Shown: positions 15,735 to 20,499 of the stretch, piece by piece
How positions within the stretch are numbered: the stretch's first letter is position 1
Layout: each line of letters starts with the position of its first letter
Made by a program: the position numbers and the translations under genes
Notes under the pieces: generated by a model
What the model saw: only the letters and a program-made list of their open reading frames with translations
Told to the model about the DNA's origin: nothing
The model's database searches: none
Source of the DNA: an uncultured Deinococcales bacterium
GTDB taxonomy: Bacteria > Deinococcota > Deinococci > Deinococcales > JAAFIG01
Direction of reading: 5' to 3'
Length of the DNA stretch: 20,499 bases
Assembly (NCBI GenBank): GCA_964247135.1
Contig: CAXTTL010000068.1
Coordinates: forward strand, 1-20,499

Positions 15735-18644
15735 ATGGGAATTTACGTTCAACTGCTCGGGACTGCCAAAGTACAGCTCGAGTCTCACAGCGTTCCGTTT
15801 GTCTCGGACAAACGCTTTTTGCTGCTGGCATTCTTGGCGTTCAAAGCTGATTGGGTTTCTCGAGATCAGCTTGCCAATTTGTTCTGGTCTGACACCGATT
15901 CGGTTTCGGCTCGCAAGAATTTACGGCATCTGCTCAGCCGCACCCGAAATCTGGACTTTGCGCAACTCGAGGGGCAGGACGACGTTCGCTGGTTGGTGCA
16001 AACCGACGTGGCATTGTTTCAACAACACTTGGGGGCTGGCGATTGGGAGCAAGCCATCGCGCTTTATCAGGGAAATTTACTTTCGGGTTTAACCAGCGAT
16101 TCGAGCGGGTTTGAAGATTGGTTGGGGCAAGAATCGGAAACCTTGCAAACCGCTTACCGCGAGGCGGCGTTAAACCACGCCAAGCAACTCGAGGGGCAAA
16201 ACCGTTTTGATGACGCGGCGGCACTGCTGGCGAAGGTCTTGAAGATCGATTTGCTGGCTGAAGACATCGTTCAAGTCTACCTGCGCGTGGCAGGTCAGGC
16301 GGGGCATCGGTTGGAAGCTTTAAAAGTCTTTGAATCGTTCAAATCCATGTTGTCTCTCGAGCTTGGTTTGCTGCCGCTCGAAACCACCTTGCAATTGGCG
16401 GCGGATTTGCGGCTCGAGTCCAAAGCCGCCAGTCAAGCACCCGTGGAAATGTTGCGAAATTTCCCAACGCACAGCACCCCGTTCGTGGGTCGGGATGTGG
16501 ACTTGAGCGAAATTGCGGCGTACTTCGAGCAACCCGAGGTGCGCCTGATGACCTTGATCGGCACGGGCGGCATCGGCAAAACCCGTCTCGCCATTCAGGT
16601 GGCACTCGAGCAAGCCAAGTATTTTTCTGACGGCGCGGTGTTCGTGCCGCTCAGTGAAATTGCCGCCAGCGAAAACATTGTGCCAGCCATCGCTCAAGCC
16701 CTGGATTTCAGCTTCTCGAGTTTTGATTCGCAAGACTCGCAATTGCAAAAATTTCTGGGCGACAAGCACTTACTCTTGGTGCTCGACAACCTCGAGCATC
16801 TGCTGGACGGGGCAAATTCCTTTCTGGAATTGCTGGCGCACTGTCCAAAGTTGCGGATTTTAACGACCTCCCGCGAGGCGCTCGATTTTCAGGGCGAGTA
16901 TTTGGTGGACGTGCTCGGTTTGGATGTGCCAAAGGACCCAAACACCGAGCAGATCGAAATGTACGACGCGGTTCAACTCTTTTTGCGCAGCGTCAGGCGC
17001 GTCAACCCGCAGTTCAGCCTCGAGCGTGAAGCCAAACCCTTTGTGCTGCAAATTTGCCAAATGTTGCAAGGTTCGCCTCTGGCAATCGAACTGGCAGCCA
17101 ACTGGTTGCGCGTGCTCGATGTGCAGGCGGTCAAAAACGAGATTCAAAAAAGCCTGGACTTTTTAGAGATCAACCAGCCCAACATTGCCCATCGCCACCG
17201 CAGTATGAGGGCGGTGTGCAACTCGAGTTGGGTTCGGCTGGAAGCCAACGAGCAAGCCACCCTGGCGTGCCTGAGCTTGTTTCGTGGTGGTTTCAGCGCC
17301 CAGTCGGCGGCTCGAGTCGCCAATGCCAACCCTGGAATGTTGTTGCGGCTGGTCAACAAGTCCTTGGTGTCAAAACGTGAAAGTCGTTTTTTCATGCACG
17401 AAGCCTTGCGGCAATTCGCGGCGGAAAAACTTGGGGCACCAGAAAAAGATGCCGCGCTTCACAAATTATCTTTGCTCGCCCAAGAGTGGGCACAGGCTGT
17501 TTACATCAACGAAACCACGCCAAAAGATTTGGAAAGTTGCCAAAATTTCGAGACTGAATATGAGAACATTGATGTCGCCCTCGAGTGGTCTTTTCAAACG
17601 ATGCCGCGATTGTGCGCCGAAATTGTCTGTGCGCCAGTCTATTTTTGGTACGCGAGCGCCAGAAAACAAGTGGCGATTGCCTGGATCAGCGCCCTGCTCG
17701 AGTTGCCCGAATTGAAAGGGCGTGACGCCCTCCGTAGTAAACTTCTCTACAGCCGTTGCGTGCTGGGCGACGGTGCCAGAGATTACGAACTTTGCCTGAT
17801 CGACGCGAATGTATCGCTCGAGATCGCCATCGAAATTGCCGATTTGGATCGCCAAGCCTGGGCATGGTGCGGCATCGGCATTTGCCAATTTGAGTTGGGC
17901 AGAACCAGGGCGGCGCTCGAGTCGAATCAAAAAGCTTGGAAGTTGAGTCTTCAGGTGCAAAACCAGAACGTTCAAGCCTACTGCCAGACCGAACTTGGCA
18001 ACATTTACGTTGTGCTATCCGAGTTTGAACTTGCGGCTCAAGTCTACGGGCAGACCATCAGCCGTTGCCTCGCCACGGGCAACCGCCGCAGCTTAGCCCA
18101 TGCGCACACGTTCATGGCGGACGCTTACGCCAGACAGGGCAAGCTCGAGCTTGAACAGGAGACGCTCGAAAAGGCGGCGGTCATTTACCGAGGGTTTAAC
18201 GATGTCAGCAATTTGTGCGGCATTTTACTGCGACTCGCCAGCGTCAATGTTCAACGCAAAAATCTGGTTGTCGCCGAACAGACGCTGCGTGAGGCGAGCA
18301 AACTCTGTCAACAATTGCACGAGGTCAGGTTTTACTTTCGCCTGTTTCATCTTTTTGCGATCATTGCAGGGCAACGCGGTTTACCTGCCAAAGCCTTGAG
18401 GCTGCATTTCATTGCCTCAGACTGGTCGGCGCAACTCGAGGCAGAGGTTGACGTGCATGAGCTTGATTTCAACCGTTTTGATCTTGAGCCAATTCAAGCT
18501 CCTTACAGCCAGCTCGAGATTGAACAGATCAAATTGGAAGCCAGCAACCTCAGTGCTGGGCAAACCGTGCAATACGCGCTGGGTCAACTCGAGATGTTTG
18601 ATGACCCACCCCTTAGCCAAAGCCTTGCGGTGCAGGCAATTTAA
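15735..18644 (+). CDS. AfsR/SARP-like activator: wHTH, BTAD, NB-ARC (STAND ATPase) and TPR domains
   Basis: VQLLG..., LLAFLA...VSRDQLANLFW, ARKNLRHLL; BTAD TDVALF, ALYQGNLL, FEDWL; FVGR, Walker A GTGGIGKT, Walker B LLLVLDNLEHL, TSRE, GSPLAIELAA; C-terminal TPR-like helices. Confidence 0.95.
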   Translation: MGIYVQLLGTAKVQLESHSVPFVSDKRFLLLAFLAFKADWVSRDQLANLFWSDTDSVSARKNLRHLLSRTRNLDFAQLEGQDDVRWLVQTDVALFQQHLGAGDWEQAIALYQGNLLSGLTSDSSGFEDWLGQESETLQTAYREAALNHAKQLEGQNRFDDAAALLAKVLKIDLLAEDIVQVYLRVAGQAGHRLEALKVFESFKSMLSLELGLLPLETTLQLAADLRLESKAASQAPVEMLRNFPTHSTPFVGRDVDLSEIAAYFEQPEVRLMTLIGTGGIGKTRLAIQVALEQAKYFSDGAVFVPLSEIAASENIVPAIAQALDFSFSSFDSQDSQLQKFLGDKHLLLVLDNLEHLLDGANSFLELLAHCPKLRILTTSREALDFQGEYLVDVLGLDVPKDPNTEQIEMYDAVQLFLRSVRRVNPQFSLEREAKPFVLQICQMLQGSPLAIELAANWLRVLDVQAVKNEIQKSLDFLEINQPNIAHRHRSMRAVCNSSWVRLEANEQATLACLSLFRGGFSAQSAARVANANPGMLLRLVNKSLVSKRESRFFMHEALRQFAAEKLGAPEKDAALHKLSLLAQEWAQAVYINETTPKDLESCQNFETEYENIDVALEWSFQTMPRLCAEIVCAPVYFWYASARKQVAIAWISALLELPELKGRDALRSKLLYSRCVLGDGARDYELCLIDANVSLEIAIEIADLDRQAWAWCGIGICQFELGRTRAALESNQKAWKLSLQVQNQNVQAYCQTELGNIYVVLSEFELAAQVYGQTISRCLATGNRRSLAHAHTFMADAYARQGKLELEQETLEKAAVIYRGFNDVSNLCGILLRLASVNVQRKNLVVAEQTLREASKLCQQLHEVRFYFRLFHLFAIIAGQRGLPAKALRLHFIASDWSAQLEAEVDVHELDFNRFDLEPIQAPYSQLEIEQIKLEASNLSAGQTVQYALGQLEMFDDPPLSQSLAVQAI

Positions 18645-18704
18645 AATTTGTTGAATGTTTAAAACGCATTTGATTCGAGGCTTGAAGACTCGAGTTTGAA
18701 ATCT

Positions 18705-20499
18705 TCAGCCAAAACGCAGTTGGCGAATCACATCATCCAACTCGAGCATTGTAATTCCATTCAAACTTTCGGTCTTGACTCGAGTGTTGATCAGGGCGGT
18801 TGCACGGGCATAATCTGACTTGCTGGTTTTGGGATGCTGTCGCACGGTCTGGAGGAGACGCAGCGCAAACGCGTCGTCTTTCGGCGGCAGGTACTCTATC
18901 CAACTTAGCAACAGCGCCAAGGTTAAAGGCAAGGCTTGCGCCTCCCAGGCGATTCCAAGCGCTTGGGAGAGATAGGATTTGGCTTTGTTCTGGTCGGCTT
19001 GTGACAGCGCAATCTGGCATAAAATCATCAGCGAATCGCTGTGGTTGGCAAGAGAAGATTGACTTTTTTGTTGCTCGAGCGCCAAGGCTTTTAAAGCATG
19101 GGTTTCGGCTCGCTCGAGTTGCCCAAGCCCAAAGCAGCATTCAGCCAAGGAATTCAGCACGAAAGGCACTTGACTGAGTTCGCCCGCATTGGTGGTTAAC
19201 TCGAGGGTTTCTTGCCAGAGGCTCAAGGCTTGCTCGACCTCGCCAGTGTCTAAGAGCAAGGTTGCCAAGCCGTTCAAGTTGAACACCGCGCCGATGTGGT
19301 TGCCGAGCTTTTTGAACAAATAAATGGCTTCTTGGTAAATCAGTTTGGCTTGCGCGGTGTTGCCCGTTAAATCCTCAGAAATTGCCACCCAGCCCAGAGA
19401 CACGGCAATCAGTCGTTCGTTCGCCAAGGCTCGAGCCTCGCGCAACGCGTTCTGACGGTACGCCAGGGCTTCGTGGTGCTTGCCCAAAGATGTGGCGGTC
19501 GTGCCGAGCATTCCCAAGCCCCAGATGATGGTTTCACGCTCCTCGAGCGGCATCAGCAAACGCAGACCTTTTTCGGCAAGTTGCACCGCCGTCTCAATTT
19601 CGCCGCGCCGTTCAAAAAATTTACTCTGATGGATCAGCAGTGTCCCCAAGGTCGCGTGATCGTCTGGATTTTCCTCAACAAGTTCGGTTATCGCCTCCTG
19701 GAACATCGCAATCGCTTCCTGATAACGCCCTCGAGCATCAAAAAACCGCATCAGGGCTTCAGTGGCAAGCTTAATAAAATGCCAACGTCGCTGCTCGATA
19801 GCCCAGCGCCACGCCTCGTGAATATTCTCAAAATCCAGCTCGAGCATTTCCAGCGCGGCTTTGGACTGCGCACCCCTGATACCCTCGAGTCCCTGTTGCA
19901 GGATTGAGAAGTAATATTGGCTGTGATCGAGTTTGGCTTGCATGGCTTCCTGGGGGTTTTCACAGAGTTTATCCTGCATGTATTGATGCAGCAAACGGTG
20001 ACGACGGTAACGACCCTGACTGTTTAAACTTAAAAGCGATTTGTCGATCAGGCTGCCGAGCACTGGCAAGGGCACGTGGGCGGCTCGGCGCACGGCTTCC
20101 TTAAAAAATCCGCCCCTGAAGACCGCCAAGCGCCGTAGCGCCTGCTGTTCTTCGCTGGTCAGCAAGCCCCAGGAGTGCTCGAAGGCGGCACGGATGCTGC
20201 GGTGGCGTTTTGCAAGGTTGACACTGTTGCTCGAGAGAAAATCGAGGTTCTGGGCAATTTCTTTGGCGATATCCTGCACTGGCAAAGCCCGCACCCATAC
20301 GGCTGCCAGTTCGATGCCCAACGCCAAACCGTCAACCAGACGGCAAATCTCGAGCACCTGCGCCAAGTTGTCATCGCCCAGTCGAAAATCTGGGCGCACC
20401 CGACGGGCGTGCTGGGCAAAAAGTTGCACAGCCTCGAGGCTGGGGATTTCGTTTGGTTTGACCTCGCTCATCTCGGGAACGGCGAAGGCATCGACGGGC
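18705..20499 (-). CDS. Second NB-ARC-TPR STAND protein, C-terminal part (5' end outside the window)
   Basis: The frame stays open to the window edge (PVDAFAVPEMSE...). EAVQLF, ICRLVDGLALGIELAA, RHRSIRAAFEHSW and LAVFRGGF are collinear with the 15735 gene and followed by TPRs. Confidence 0.93.
   Translation of the reverse strand, partial: PVDAFAVPEMSEVKPNEIPSLEAVQLFAQHARRVRPDFRLGDDNLAQVLEICRLVDGLALGIELAAVWVRALPVQDIAKEIAQNLDFLSSNSVNLAKRHRSIRAAFEHSWGLLTSEEQQALRRLAVFRGGFFKEAVRRAAHVPLPVLGSLIDKSLLSLNSQGRYRRHRLLHQYMQDKLCENPQEAMQAKLDHSQYYFSILQQGLEGIRGAQSKAALEMLELDFENIHEAWRWAIEQRRWHFIKLATEALMRFFDARGRYQEAIAMFQEAITELVEENPDDHATLGTLLIHQSKFFERRGEIETAVQLAEKGLRLLMPLEERETIIWGLGMLGTTATSLGKHHEALAYRQNALREARALANERLIAVSLGWVAISEDLTGNTAQAKLIYQEAIYLFKKLGNHIGAVFNLNGLATLLLDTGEVEQALSLWQETLELTTNAGELSQVPFVLNSLAECCFGLGQLERAETHALKALALEQQKSQSSLANHSDSLMILCQIALSQADQNKAKSYLSQALGIAWEAQALPLTLALLLSWIEYLPPKDDAFALRLLQTVRQHPKTSKSDYARATALINTRVKTESLNGITMLELDDVIRQLRFG

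Larger units (their letters stand above)
4..20438. repeat. Dispersed highly iterated palindrome CTCGAG
   Basis: Hand count of about 130 copies, one per ~155 bp, in coding and intergenic DNA. Confidence 0.9.

Noticed and set aside
9005-15900. The bracketed operon as a transposon or integrative element
   Set aside because: No transposase, integrase, terminal inverted repeats or target-site duplication seen; the flanking similarity is diverged paralogy.
18645-18704. Terminator between the convergent STAND genes
   Set aside because: Only a short imperfect stem (TCGAGgCTT-G-AAGaCTCGA), too weak to call.
4-20438. CTCGAG copies as SARP boxes (ActII-ORF4/DnrI repeats contain TCGAG) or as a CRISPR/tandem repeat
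   Set aside because: The copies are aperiodic, mostly inside genes, only 6 bp long and have no repeat-spacer structure.

Overview
Bacterial chromosomal window, probably Deinococcota with an outer membrane (inferred from a leaderless-type TANNNT start, a Deinococcus-type lipoprotein domain and the BTAD-STAND regulators; not proven). The left third holds ordinary accessory metabolism: a partial SAM methyltransferase, two cupins, a DMT transporter, an AhpD/CMD protein, a MocR regulator, an LLM oxidoreductase, a P-loop kinase and a group II PLP decarboxylase. The region 7.4-20.5 kb looks like an uncharacterised regulon. Three minus-strand promoters share one exact architecture, GCGACGC-N4-GCGACGC-N9-CA(A/T)ACTG, resembling SARP-type 11-bp-phased heptamers. 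They sit upstream of a small secreted protein, a 63-aa protein and a four-gene envelope operon (4x-repeat lipoprotein, Tat lipoprotein beta-propeller, beta-rich unknown protein, HEAT-repeat protein). That operon is divergent from an AfsR-like wHTH-BTAD-NB-ARC-TPR activator, and a second NB-ARC-TPR paralog converges on the first. A decayed copy of the activator's 5' end lies at the other end of the operon, where a quasi-palindrome has become a perfect 37-bp palindrome shaped like a terminator. The window also has two SD-led Met-Thr-stop minigenes and about 130 copies of the palindrome CTCGAG (hand count, roughly 20-fold over expectation). No rRNA, tRNA, CRISPR array or transposase was recognised.
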